Positions 1 through 9,983 are shown, counted from the first letter of the stretch. The stretch: 64,000 nucleotides of DNA from Gammaproteobacteria bacterium (GCA_029244925.1 JAQWQE010000047.1:1515-65514); one strand, 5' to 3'. Numbers and translations: made by a program. The notes: generated from the sequence alone by a model not told the origin.

Positions 1-34
1 ATAATTAATTTTTAACTTAAAAACAAATTATAAC

Positions 35-66
35 TTTGGTAATATATCATTAAGAATATTACCAAA
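35..66. promoter_or_regulatory. 11-bp perfect inverted repeat (TTTGGTAATAT-N10-ATATTACCAAA) upstream of the thiolase/FadB-like operon; candidate operator or 5'-UTR hairpin
   Basis: Read directly: arms 35-45 and 56-66 are exact reverse complements. The repeat ends 15 nt before the ATG at 81, just ahead of an AAGAAGG Shine-Dalgarno-like stretch. Confidence 0.45.
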
Positions 67-80
67 TAAGAAGGTGCAAT

Positions 81-1292
81 ATGACAGACGCATATATTTT
101 TGATCATGTAAGGACGCCAAGAGGCAAAGGAAAAAGTGATGGTTCATTGCATGAGGTCACTCCTATAGAGCTTGTCACGCAAGTTTTAAAATCTTTAAAA
201 AATAGAAATAATTTAGATACCAGTCGTATTGATGATGTCATCATGGGAGTGGTAGGCAGCCAAGGAGAGCAAGCTTCCAATCCTGCTAGAGTAGGAGCAA
301 TAAATGCCGGTTATAATGAAAAGGCAGCCGGTAAACAACTCAATAGATTCTGTGCTTCAGGTCTAGAAGCAGTAAACTCAGCTGCAGCTCAAATTATGTC
401 TGGAATGTCAGATCTTTGCATTGGTGGAGGACTGGAGTCCATGTCCAGAGTCCCTATGAATTCTGTTGGCGGTGCGCTTGGAGTGGACCCACAAGTTGCC
501 TATGAAAATTATATAATTCCTCAAGGGATTAGTGCTGATCTTATTGCTACAAAGTATGGTTTTAATCGTGATGATGTTGATTCTTATGCTGTTGAGAGTC
601 AAAAAAGGGCATCCAATGCTCGAGATAAAGGGTATTTTAATAACTCAATCGTTCCAGTAAAAGATCAGCATGGAGAAGTATTATTAGATCATGATGAAGC
701 GATTCGTAGTGGCACAACCATGGAGGATCTAGCAAAACTAAAACCCTCTTTTTCAGACTTAGGGGCAACCTATGGCTTTGATTCTGTGGCCATACAAAGA
801 TACCCAGAGGTTGAGAGAATGGAACATATTCACCACGCAGGAAATTCAAGTGTAATAGTTGATGGATCATCAGTTGTTCTTATAGGAACAAAAGAAGTGG
901 GCAAAGAGTTGGGATTGAAGCCAAGAGCAAGAATCGTTGGATTTTCCTCCATCGGAACAGAGCCTACAATCATGTTGACAGGACCAGGGCCTTCTGCAAA
1001 GAAAGTGCTGAAAAGATGTGGCATGACAAAGAATGATATTGATCTCTTTGAACTCAATGAAGCATTTGCAGTCGTAGTACTTCGTTACATGCAAGAGATG
1101 GATATTTCACACGATCAAATTAATGTCAATGGAGGAGCTATAGCGATGGGTCACCCCCTAGGCGCAACCGGTGCAATGGTTTTGGGAACAATGCTTGATG
1201 AAATGGAAAGACAAGACCTGAATACTGGATTGGTTAATTTATGCATCGGTGGTGGAATGGGAACCTCAACCATCATCGAACGTTGTAATTGA
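81..1292 (+). CDS. acetyl-CoA C-acyltransferase (3-ketoacyl-CoA thiolase), FadA/FadI-like
   Basis: 403 aa. Thiolase motifs are present: NRFCASGLEAV (nucleophilic Cys), NEAFA, GGAIAMGHPLGATG and CIGGGMG. It directly precedes a FadB/FadJ-like gene. Confidence 0.9.
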   Translation: MTDAYIFDHVRTPRGKGKSDGSLHEVTPIELVTQVLKSLKNRNNLDTSRIDDVIMGVVGSQGEQASNPARVGAINAGYNEKAAGKQLNRFCASGLEAVNSAAAQIMSGMSDLCIGGGLESMSRVPMNSVGGALGVDPQVAYENYIIPQGISADLIATKYGFNRDDVDSYAVESQKRASNARDKGYFNNSIVPVKDQHGEVLLDHDEAIRSGTTMEDLAKLKPSFSDLGATYGFDSVAIQRYPEVERMEHIHHAGNSSVIVDGSSVVLIGTKEVGKELGLKPRARIVGFSSIGTEPTIMLTGPGPSAKKVLKRCGMTKNDIDLFELNEAFAVVVLRYMQEMDISHDQINVNGGAIAMGHPLGATGAMVLGTMLDEMERQDLNTGLVNLCIGGGMGTSTIIERCN

Positions 1293-1319
1293 GTTGAGAT
1301 AGACAAATAAGGAAAACTA

Positions 1320-3461
1320 ATGAGTGAAAATATAAAAATAAATATTGGTTCAGATGGCATTGCTATTCTAGAAATTGATGTTAAAGACAGACCCATGAAT
1401 GTGATTACATCTGATTTTGCTAAAGAATTGGCTGAACGTGTTGAGCAAGTGACTACTGATGAAAAAATTATTGGTGCCATCATCACTTCATCAAAAAATG
1501 ATTTTATGGCTGGAGCTGAACTTAAATCAATGCTGCCATCTTTAATGAAGCTTAGTAACGCTTCAGAGATGGTAGATGCAGTTGTCCAAAGCAACGGTGT
1601 TTCAAGAAATATTGAAACTTGCGGTAAACCTTTTGTTGCTGCAATCAATGGCACAGCTCTAGGCGGTGGCTTGGAGATTTGTTTGGCTTGTCATTATCGT
1701 ATAGCCATAGATAGACCAGATGCTGTTTTGGGATTACCAGAAGTTCTAGTAGGCTTATTACCTGGAGGCGGAGGCACCCAAAGACTTCCAAGAATGATAG
1801 GAGTTCAAAATGCATTGGAACTCATGACCCAAGGAAAACATATTAAGCCAGCAGTGGCTAAATCCATGGGCATTGTTGATGAACTCTCTTCAAAAGAAGA
1901 TCTCATTGGTAAGGCCAAGCAATGGATTATCGATGTTGGAGATCCAGTTAAGCCTTGGGATAAAAAAGGGTTTAAAGTACCAGGAGGATTTGATCCAAAC
2001 ACAACATCAACTATACAGGTATTTTCCATTGTTAATGCAATGGTTGCTAAAAATACTAATCATAATTACCCTGCACCAATATCAATCGTATCTTCTGTTT
2101 ATGAAGGCTGTCAGGTTCCAATAGATACAGGTTTAAGAATAGAATCTAAATATTTTGTGAAACTACTTCGTGATCCAGTTGCTGGAAATATGATAAGAAG
2201 CTTATTCATTAATAAGCAGTCCGCCGATAAATTAAGAGCAAGACCGAAAGATGTTGAGAAATCCAAAGTAACTAATTTAGGGATGCTTGGAGCAGGTATG
2301 ATGGGATCCGGTATAGCATTGGTCAGCGCTCAGGCTGGAATTAATGTAGTTCTTTTGGACTCAACCATAGAGAGTGCAACTAAAGGCAAGAAATACACTG
2401 AAAAGTATTTAGAAAAAAGTATTGCTTTGAAGAAAATGACATCAGAAAAAGCAAAAGTAATAATTGATCGTATTCAAGTAACCACTGATTTTAATGATCT
2501 AAAAGATTGCGATCTTATTATTGAGGCTGTATTTGAGAATAGAGAAATAAAGGCTGATGTCACTCAGAAAACTGAGAAAGTGATAGCAGATTCAGTTATT
2601 TTTGCCTCGAATACCTCAACCTTACCAATCACTGGACTTGCTAAAGCATCAAGTAGACCGAAGAGTTTTATCGGCATGCATTTTTTCTCCCCAGTGGAGA
2701 GAATGCCTCTAGTAGAGATCATTATGGGAGAAGAGTCTTCAGATGAAGCTTTGGCTAAATCACTCGATTACATACAACAAATTAGAAAAACACCAATGGT
2801 CATCAATGACAGTCGAGGATTCTTTACATCAAGAGTTTTTAGTCAGGCCTGTAATGAAGCTAATGAAATGTTAAGAGAGGGCGTACTGCCTGCATTGATT
2901 GAAAATGGTGCTAGGCAAGCAGGATATCCAGTTGGTCCTTTAGCCGTTCAGGATGAGACCAGCATAGAGTTAGGCCATAAGATTCATGTTCAAACTATTG
3001 AAGATATTGGGGATGAATACAAACCTCAATCAGCGGTAGATGTTGCAGAAAAAATGTATGAACTTGGAAGACTGGGTAAGAAATATCGAAAAGGTTTTTA
3101 TGAGTATCCAGAAGACGGACCGAAAAAAATATGGTCAGGCTTAGCAGAAGCATTTCCAGTGTCTCAAACACAACCTGACCTTCAGTTAATTAAAGACAGG
3201 TTGATGACAATCCAATCATTGGATGCGTATCGATGCCTTGAGGAAAATGTATTGACCTCTCCAGATGACGGAGACATAGGTTCTATATTTGGTTGGGGTT
3301 TTCCACCATGGTCAGGAGGTGTTTTTTCTTATATCGATACTGTGGGCATTAAAGCATTTGTAGAAAGATGCGATGATTTTCATAAACGATTTGGTGAACG
3401 ATTTAAGGTTCCAGATAGTCTTAGAGAACGTGCCAATAAGAATGAGTCTTTTTATTCCTAG
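1320..3461 (+). CDS. multifunctional fatty-acid oxidation alpha subunit (enoyl-CoA hydratase / 3-hydroxyacyl-CoA dehydrogenase), FadB/FadJ-like
   Basis: 713 aa. N-terminal crotonase motif FVAAINGTALGGGLEICLACHYRIA; central NAD-binding motif LGMLGAGMMGSGIALV. The thiolase-first order resembles fadIJ. Confidence 0.9.
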   Translation: MSENIKINIGSDGIAILEIDVKDRPMNVITSDFAKELAERVEQVTTDEKIIGAIITSSKNDFMAGAELKSMLPSLMKLSNASEMVDAVVQSNGVSRNIETCGKPFVAAINGTALGGGLEICLACHYRIAIDRPDAVLGLPEVLVGLLPGGGGTQRLPRMIGVQNALELMTQGKHIKPAVAKSMGIVDELSSKEDLIGKAKQWIIDVGDPVKPWDKKGFKVPGGFDPNTTSTIQVFSIVNAMVAKNTNHNYPAPISIVSSVYEGCQVPIDTGLRIESKYFVKLLRDPVAGNMIRSLFINKQSADKLRARPKDVEKSKVTNLGMLGAGMMGSGIALVSAQAGINVVLLDSTIESATKGKKYTEKYLEKSIALKKMTSEKAKVIIDRIQVTTDFNDLKDCDLIIEAVFENREIKADVTQKTEKVIADSVIFASNTSTLPITGLAKASSRPKSFIGMHFFSPVERMPLVEIIMGEESSDEALAKSLDYIQQIRKTPMVINDSRGFFTSRVFSQACNEANEMLREGVLPALIENGARQAGYPVGPLAVQDETSIELGHKIHVQTIEDIGDEYKPQSAVDVAEKMYELGRLGKKYRKGFYEYPEDGPKKIWSGLAEAFPVSQTQPDLQLIKDRLMTIQSLDAYRCLEENVLTSPDDGDIGSIFGWGFPPWSGGVFSYIDTVGIKAFVERCDDFHKRFGERFKVPDSLRERANKNESFYS

Positions 3462-3566
3462 AAAGAATTTGTTAGTAGAATAAATCTTTTTTAGATTCTT
3501 GTTTTTTTCAACAAAACATATAATCTATATTTCTTAATACTACTTATTAACTCAAAGGGGAAAAAG

Positions 3567-3908
3567 ATGTCTAGTAATATGGGCGGATCTTCTAAAGGTA
3601 AGGTCACAAATACAGGTAAACCTCTCGGCTCGATTAAACATACTCAATCTAAAGCAGTAAAAAGCTGGATCAAAAATGAGCTGAAACAACAAACAACACG
3701 ATTCAAAAAGATTTTAGAGCATATGGATGAAATTGCTCCAAAAAGAGATAAATGGATTGCTGATTTTCTTGAGACAATAACTACTCGTGGAACCAATATT
3801 GATGGCGATCTCCGAAATGTTATTGACAAAGAGGACCTGCCTAAAAAACCAAAAAGAAAATTCAGAGTAACTTATGAATCAAAAGATCTTAAAGGATTCA
3901 AACATTAA
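3567..3908 (+). CDS. hypothetical small basic (Lys-rich) protein
   Basis: 113-aa ORF preceded by a good AAAGGGGAAAAAG ribosome-binding region. I recognise no motif. Confidence 0.45.
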   Translation: MSSNMGGSSKGKVTNTGKPLGSIKHTQSKAVKSWIKNELKQQTTRFKKILEHMDEIAPKRDKWIADFLETITTRGTNIDGDLRNVIDKEDLPKKPKRKFRVTYESKDLKGFKH

Positions 3909-3925
3909 AAAAAGGAAGATGAATT

Positions 3926-4816
3926 ATGCCTAGACCCCACATAGAACCATATGACGAAAGGCCAGCACCTTTCAAAAGAATGACTTTGCCAGGATTTGGT
4001 AAAGGAATGCATTATAAAGTTTTAAGCATGGATACAGAAACAGGTGCATGCTCATTAAAAGTTAAATTTGAAAGCGGCTATAAATTACCCCCAGGTATGA
4101 GTTATGCAGAGCTAGAGATGTTTGTTGTTTCTGGTTCAATCACTTATGGCGATACTACTTATGGAGATGGATACTATTTCTTGATCCCACCTGGAGTGAG
4201 TATGCCAGAAATGAGAGTTAAGAAAGGGGCTGTGGTAATAATGTTCTATAACTACGGAGAACCAAGTTTTATTCCATCAGATGAAGACCATCCGTTGGCT
4301 GAACGTTTTAGATTATCAATCGTTGATTCAATGAAGGATATTAATTGGATGCCAGGGAATAGGATTGTCCCTTCAGTAGCTTCTGGATGCATGTTGAAAC
4401 CACTGAAGTATGATCCTGATACCGAAGCGCATACATTTCTTTATTGCATGACACCGGGTTTCAACCAAGATAATATTTCTTATCATGACTGTTGCGAGGA
4501 GTCTTATCATATTTGGGGAACTTCTTGGATGATGCAATTTGGTGATCTGCCCACAGGTGGATATTTTTGGAGACCTCCTTATATCAATCATGGTGCATTC
4601 GCCAGCAAAAATGGGATTATTGCAATAGGCAGAACGGATGCTCATTTGCATAACTATTTTCATCATAATCCTTGGACAACGCCTAAGGAAAATGCTGATA
4701 GAGCGTCTGCAAGATTGCGAAGACTGAGGCCCTCTTTGTATGAGTGGACTAGGTCGCCTGATGGACATAATCATTTCACTGACTTTGAGTATCCTCATTA
4801 CCATGATCATGACTAA
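3926..4816 (+). CDS. cupin-fold (probable bicupin) protein of unknown function with a His-rich C-terminus
   Basis: 296 aa. Partial cupin motif-2-like GGYFWRPPYINHGAF and upstream YHDCCEESYHIWG; tail HNHFTDFEYPHYHDHD. The start lies 17 nt after the preceding ORF. Confidence 0.5.
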   Translation: MPRPHIEPYDERPAPFKRMTLPGFGKGMHYKVLSMDTETGACSLKVKFESGYKLPPGMSYAELEMFVVSGSITYGDTTYGDGYYFLIPPGVSMPEMRVKKGAVVIMFYNYGEPSFIPSDEDHPLAERFRLSIVDSMKDINWMPGNRIVPSVASGCMLKPLKYDPDTEAHTFLYCMTPGFNQDNISYHDCCEESYHIWGTSWMMQFGDLPTGGYFWRPPYINHGAFASKNGIIAIGRTDAHLHNYFHHNPWTTPKENADRASARLRRLRPSLYEWTRSPDGHNHFTDFEYPHYHDHD

Positions 4817-4857
4817 ATGAGAAGCTGCTAAAGGTTTTATCTTATAAGCAAATAAAT

Positions 4858-6054
4858 ATGTCCGGACCACTAGAAGGAGTTAAAATACTCGAATTAACCA
4901 GTGTCGTATTGGGACCTTGGGCCGCTCAAATTATGGGCGATATGGGTGCAGAAATCATTAAAGTTGAGGCACCTTTTGGTGATAGTAACCGACAACTAGG
5001 CGCTTATAGAAATAAAGGCATGGCTGCACTTTATTTATCTAATAATAGAAATAAAAGAAGTTTGGTTTTAGATTTAAAGCAAGAATCAGCAAGGAATGCT
5101 TTGCTCGAAATCGTTAAAGATTGTGATATTTTCTTACACAACAATAGACCTCAAGTGATGACTAAGCTGAGATTGGAGTACGATCACTTAAAAGCAGTTA
5201 ATCCAACCATTGTTTATTGCGGTACTTATGGGTATAGCAAACATGGACCTTATGGTAAGAAAGGTGCTTTGGATGATTCAATACAAGGAGCCAGTGGCAT
5301 TGCAAGTCTGAATGAACTGGTATTGGGAGAGCCTAAATACTTGCCAACAGTTATTGCAGATAAAACAACTGCTATTACTGTTGTCTATTCTATTTTAGCA
5401 GCACTATTTTATAAAGAGAAAACAGGTGAAGGGCAAGAAATTGAAGTTCCTATGTTTGAAACTATGGTTAATTTTACTATGGCAGAACATCTTTGGGGCG
5501 AGGTTTTTGAACCACCTCTAGCGAAGGCAGGGTATACAAGATTAATGTCTCATCATAGAAAACCATACAAAACTAAAGACGGATATATTTCTGTTTTACC
5601 TTACATGAACAATCATTGGAAAATATTTTGTGAAAAGGCAGAAAGGCATGATTTGATTGATGATGAGAGGTTTAAGGATCTTTCATCTAGGGTAACTAAT
5701 ATTGATGATACATATTCTGAGACAGGAAAGATTCTAGCCACAAAGACCACTCAGGAATGGCTTGATATTCTAGAAGAAACAAAAGTACCAGCAATTGAAG
5801 TCAATTCACTCGATGATCTTTTCACCGATCCTCATTTAGATGCCGTAGGTTTCTGGAAAGAAGTGGATCATCCTAGTGAAGGCAAACTCAAAATGCCAGG
5901 TTTCCCTGCTCGATTTTCAAAAACACCTGCTAGCATAAGGAAGCATGCTCCCAAACTAGGAGAACATAGTCTAAAAATTCTTGAAGAAGCAGGTATAGAT
6001 AATAAAACAATCAATGAGATGATTGATTCAAAGGCTACAGTAATATCGGATTAG
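4858..6054 (+). CDS. class III CoA-transferase (CaiB/BaiF family)
   Basis: 398 aa. The N-terminal GPLEGVKILELTSVVLGPWAAQIMGDMGAEIIKVE is the typical family III CoA-transferase signature region. Confidence 0.85.
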   Translation: MSGPLEGVKILELTSVVLGPWAAQIMGDMGAEIIKVEAPFGDSNRQLGAYRNKGMAALYLSNNRNKRSLVLDLKQESARNALLEIVKDCDIFLHNNRPQVMTKLRLEYDHLKAVNPTIVYCGTYGYSKHGPYGKKGALDDSIQGASGIASLNELVLGEPKYLPTVIADKTTAITVVYSILAALFYKEKTGEGQEIEVPMFETMVNFTMAEHLWGEVFEPPLAKAGYTRLMSHHRKPYKTKDGYISVLPYMNNHWKIFCEKAERHDLIDDERFKDLSSRVTNIDDTYSETGKILATKTTQEWLDILEETKVPAIEVNSLDDLFTDPHLDAVGFWKEVDHPSEGKLKMPGFPARFSKTPASIRKHAPKLGEHSLKILEEAGIDNKTINEMIDSKATVISD

Positions 6055-6599
6055 CTTTGCAGGCTTTTTAATTCATCTATGACTTCTTGAGTATGAGAAT
6101 CAGGATTTACTTTTTTATAATGTTTAACCACTGTTCCTTCAGGGTCAATAATAAAAGATTCTCTTTTAGCTATAGTCATCATCATGAAAGTACCCATAAC
6201 TCCATATTCTTCGGCACATTCTTTTGTAACATCAGCAAGAATAGGGTATGGCAGACTGTATTTTTCACTAAACTCTTGATGAGAACTAACATCATCAAGA
6301 CTTACGCCTAATATTTGGGTATCCAAGCCCTTAAATTCAAAAATGTTGTCTCTAAAACTACATGCCTCAGTAGTGCATCCAGGCGTATCATCTTTTGGAT
6401 AGAAGAATAAGACAACCCACTGACCTCTATAATCTTCTAGCGTATGCCATTTTCCATTCTGATCTTGTAAATTAAAATTAGGAGCTACTTGGCCTATATT
6501 TATTTCTTCACTAGCATCAGACTGATTTGTGAATGAGAAGGCCAATAAAAATATTGGAATAATTAGAAAGAATTTTATTTTTTGAATCATTGGTTTCAC
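6051..6599 (-). CDS. Bcp-type peroxiredoxin (AhpC/TSA family) with an N-terminal signal peptide
   Basis: 182 aa. Peroxidatic-Cys motif FFYPKDDTPGCTTEAC; hydrophobic leader KIKFFLIIPIFLLAFSFTNQSDA. Confidence 0.8.
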   Translation of the reverse strand: MKPMIQKIKFFLIIPIFLLAFSFTNQSDASEEINIGQVAPNFNLQDQNGKWHTLEDYRGQWVVLFFYPKDDTPGCTTEACSFRDNIFEFKGLDTQILGVSLDDVSSHQEFSEKYSLPYPILADVTKECAEEYGVMGTFMMMTIAKRESFIIDPEGTVVKHYKKVNPDSHTQEVIDELKSLQS

Positions 6600-6666
6600 C
6601 TTAAAAAAAACATAAACTAATTTATTAATAAAAGATTTAATAGTTTACAGCGTTTAATAATTAATT

Positions 6667-7812
6667 ATGGATAATATATTCGAAAATAAATTGGGATTGG
6701 TTTTACCTGGAGGCGGAGCAAGAGGTGCCTATCAAGTTGGGGTACTAAAAGCCATCAGCGAAATTTTACCTGATTCCAGTAAAAATCCTTTTCCAATAAT
6801 GAGTGGAACTTCAGTTGGAGCTATTAATGCTGCACTATTAGCAGCTGAATCAGAATCTTTTGTTAATGGGGTAATAAAGCTCAATAATACTTGGGGTAGT
6901 TTTAGCTCTAATAGAATCTATAAAACAAATCCTATGAGTTTATTTCTAAGCAGTCTTCATTGGCTATTAACTTTAATTACTGCAGGTATTTTAGTTAAGA
7001 ATCCTAAATCACTTCTTAATAATGATCCATTACAGAGAATGCTTATTGAAGCAGTTGATTTTGAAGGAATTCAATCGAATATAGATAAAAAAAATATTGA
7101 AGCTCTTGCGGTGACTTGTGCTAGTTATAGCAAGAGAAGCACTTCAACATTTGTTCAATCTAATAATTCAAATCTGATATGGAAGAAATTTCATCGAGAA
7201 GGAAAGAATGCAGTTATTAACGTTTCACATCTTATGGCCAGTGTGGCATTACCTCTTATTTTTCCAGCAAAAATAATAGAGCATCAATATTTTGGTGATG
7301 GTGCAATGAGGCAAGCAACTCCATTGTCACCAGCGATTAGATTGGGTGCAAATAAGCTTTTAATTATTACAACAAATGAAACTCATCGAGATATAAAACC
7401 TAAACAACCCCCCTCCATACATCCTTCAATTGCCGAAATTGGTGGTTATATGCTTGACGCATTATTTTCTGATGGTCTTTATTCTGATTTAGAACGATTA
7501 GATAGGATCAATCAAATTGTAGATAATAATGATTCAAGTATAAAAACTAACAATAAGAAAATGAAAAAGATTGATTATTTAGTAATTTCACCATCAAAGA
7601 GTATCAATGAAATAGCTCAGAATAACTACCATCAGATACCTTTATCTATTAGGTTAATCTTGAGAGGACTAGGCGTTAAGAATAATAGAAATTCTGATTT
7701 GGTTAGTTTTTTATTATTTGAGTCTTTATTTACCAGGTCATTAATAGAGTTGGGTTATGAAGATGGTATAGCTCTTAAAAATGAGATACTACATTTAACA
7801 CAGGTGAATTAG
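6667..7812 (+). CDS. patatin-like phospholipase
   Basis: 381 aa. Oxyanion motif PGGGARGAYQVGVL, serine motif GTSVGA, and a later DGA(M) Asp motif. Confidence 0.85.
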   Translation: MDNIFENKLGLVLPGGGARGAYQVGVLKAISEILPDSSKNPFPIMSGTSVGAINAALLAAESESFVNGVIKLNNTWGSFSSNRIYKTNPMSLFLSSLHWLLTLITAGILVKNPKSLLNNDPLQRMLIEAVDFEGIQSNIDKKNIEALAVTCASYSKRSTSTFVQSNNSNLIWKKFHREGKNAVINVSHLMASVALPLIFPAKIIEHQYFGDGAMRQATPLSPAIRLGANKLLIITTNETHRDIKPKQPPSIHPSIAEIGGYMLDALFSDGLYSDLERLDRINQIVDNNDSSIKTNNKKMKKIDYLVISPSKSINEIAQNNYHQIPLSIRLILRGLGVKNNRNSDLVSFLLFESLFTRSLIELGYEDGIALKNEILHLTQVN

Positions 7813-7814
7813 TC

Positions 7815-9167
7815 TTAAACTATGTAGGGTAAAAATAGAGTTGCTAACCCTAGGAAAGTAATAAATCCAAGTACATCAGTTAACGTTGTCATCATCACAC
7901 CACCAGCAAGAGCTGGATCAATACCAATTCTTTTTAGGAAGAAGGGAATTGAGACACCAGCGATGGCTGAAGCAATTATATTAATCAACATAGATAGACC
8001 GACGATAATACCTATCTCCCATTTAGTATTAAAAAGTATGACAGCAAATATAGACACCACTATTGACCAAATGAAGCCATTTAGTAATGCAACTAATGCC
8101 TCTTTATTTAATAGTTTAATTGCATTAGATTTTTGTATCTTACCCATTGCAATACCTCTTATAACTAAGATCAATGTTTGATTCCCAGCTACTCCTCCCA
8201 TACTGGCAACTATTGGCATAAGAACAGCAAGAATTACAATTTGATCTAATGTTTCTTGAAATAAGCTAACAGCAGTGGCCACAATAAATGCAGCAACTAA
8301 GTTTGCACCCAACCATACAGCCCTTCTTTTTGAACTGATGAAGATTGGAGCAAACATATCATCTTCATCGTCCAATCCAGCCATATTAAATATTTCACTA
8401 TTAACCTGATCTTGAATCACATCAACTACATCATCAATGGTTATTTGACCAAGGAGTCTATTATTAGAATCAGTTACAGGAGCAGAAATTAAATCTAAAT
8501 CTTGAAACTCTATCGCAACTTCTTCAGCCAAAACATCTGCATTAATAGCCTTAACATTAGAGTCCATGATTTCTTCAATTGGCATTTCTTTTGATTGTGT
8601 AAATAAATCAACTAATTTAACAGCACCAATGTATTGATTATCTCTATTGATTACATAAATATAATTTGTATTTTCAGGAAGAGAGTGCATATTTCTTAGA
8701 TACTTCATTAATCCATCTATATTTACACCTCTTCTTGTTGAAACAATTTTAGGATTAGTTAAGCCACCTGCAGTATTTTCATCATAAGATATAACTGATT
8801 CAAGTCTATTCTGATCTTGTTTATCCAGTGCTTTTATAACTTGATCTGTTATCTGATTTGGAAGATCAGATAAAATATCAGCTAAATCATCTAATTCCAT
8901 GTCTTGTGTAGCAGCAATTAGTTCAGAAGCATTCATTTGGCTAATTAAATTCTGTCTAACTTCCTCAATAAGCTCTTTTAGAATCTCACCTTCATCTTCT
9001 TGATCAACCATTTGCCATAGAACATTTCTTTCTCTTTGGGTCAATGATTCTAATAATCTAGCAATTTCTGATGGATTTAGTGAAGATAGAGTGTTTTTAA
9101 TATTTGTAGCTTTATCTCTTTCAAGATCATTGATTATTGTGCTTAATTTTTTCTCAGACTTTTCCAT
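7815..9167 (-). CDS. mgtE: magnesium transporter MgtE
   Basis: 450 aa with MgtE architecture: acidic N-domain, CBS-pair region, and a C-terminal TM domain containing GNQTLILVIRG and MTTLTDVLGF-like segments. Confidence 0.85.
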   Translation of the reverse strand: MEKSEKKLSTIINDLERDKATNIKNTLSSLNPSEIARLLESLTQRERNVLWQMVDQEDEGEILKELIEEVRQNLISQMNASELIAATQDMELDDLADILSDLPNQITDQVIKALDKQDQNRLESVISYDENTAGGLTNPKIVSTRRGVNIDGLMKYLRNMHSLPENTNYIYVINRDNQYIGAVKLVDLFTQSKEMPIEEIMDSNVKAINADVLAEEVAIEFQDLDLISAPVTDSNNRLLGQITIDDVVDVIQDQVNSEIFNMAGLDDEDDMFAPIFISSKRRAVWLGANLVAAFIVATAVSLFQETLDQIVILAVLMPIVASMGGVAGNQTLILVIRGIAMGKIQKSNAIKLLNKEALVALLNGFIWSIVVSIFAVILFNTKWEIGIIVGLSMLINIIASAIAGVSIPFFLKRIGIDPALAGGVMMTTLTDVLGFITFLGLATLFLPYIV

Positions 9168-9239
9168 AGAATGGTTTCACTCTCATTATTTCAGTCAATA
9201 AAAATTATAATTCATCTTTTTTGATACAGAAATATAATT

Positions 9240-9965
9240 TTACAATTTAAAGTTTTCACCCAAGTAAACTTTTTTTACTTCTGAGTTTGATAAAATTTGT
9301 TCAGGACTGCCTGATGCAATGGTTGATCCATCATTAACAATGTATCCTCTATTGCATATTTTTAATGTCTCTCTGACATTATGATCAGTTTTTAAAATTC
9401 CTATACCATCATTAGATAGATTTTTTATAATTCTTTGTATATCAATTACTGATATTGGGTCAACGCCAGCAAAAGGTTCATCAAGGAGTATAAATTTTGG
9501 CTCCATAGCTAGAGTTCTTGCAATCTCAACTCTTCTTCTTTCTCCACCGGATAAACTAATACCATTTGTGCTCCTAATATCATTTAGATTTAATTGATCT
9601 AAGAGTTGATTAAGTAAGTTTTCCATTCCCGATGTGGTTAACTCTTTTCTGGTTTGCAGAACAGCAAGAATATTATCTTCCACAGACAGTTTTCGAAATA
9701 CCGATGCTTCTTGAGGAAGATATCCTAGACCTTTTCTTGCTCTCTCATGAATTGGTAAGTTGGTAAGGTTGTATTCATCCAACATTATTTTCCCTAATTC
9801 TGGCTTTACTAAGCCTACTACCATGTAAAATGCTGTAGTTTTTCCTGCGCCATTTGGACCAAGTAATCCAATAATCTCTCCACTTTTTATATTAAAGCTA
9901 AGATTTTTTACAACTTTTCTTGAGTTGTAAGATTTTTCTAATTCTTCTGCAATTAAAATACTCAA
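9240..9965 (-). CDS. lptB: LPS export ABC transporter ATP-binding protein LptB
   Basis: 241 aa. Walker [10 protein letters not shown], signature LSGGERRR, Walker [13 protein letters not shown] and TDHNVRETL; sits downstream of kdsD and lptC. Confidence 0.9.
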   Translation of the reverse strand: MSILIAEELEKSYNSRKVVKNLSFNIKSGEIIGLLGPNGAGKTTAFYMVVGLVKPELGKIMLDEYNLTNLPIHERARKGLGYLPQEASVFRKLSVEDNILAVLQTRKELTTSGMENLLNQLLDQLNLNDIRSTNGISLSGGERRRVEIARTLAMEPKFILLDEPFAGVDPISVIDIQRIIKNLSNDGIGILKTDHNVRETLKICNRGYIVNDGSTIASGSPEQILSNSEVKKVYLGENFKL

Positions 9966-9983
9966 AATTTACTACTCAGTGTT

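Noticed and set aside
1151-1654. A 167-aa minus-strand ORF spanning the thiolase/FadB junction, and similar antisense ORFs at 408-1094, 4373-4870, 36460-36840 and 40395-40730
   Set aside because: They lie antisense to strongly supported genes, have no recognisable motifs, and show low-complexity Ser/Ile/Pro-rich composition typical of shadow frames.
3462-3500. Hairpin plus T-run after the FadB-like gene as an intrinsic terminator
   Set aside because: The stem is only 5 AT-rich bp with ambiguous register (AGAAT/ATTCT or AATCT/AGATT). It is not distinguishable from background in this AT-rich sequence.
9168-9239. Possible Mg2+ (M-box) riboswitch upstream of mgtE
   Set aside because: Only 72 nt separate mgtE from lptB, far shorter than an M-box, and I see no conserved M-box helices.
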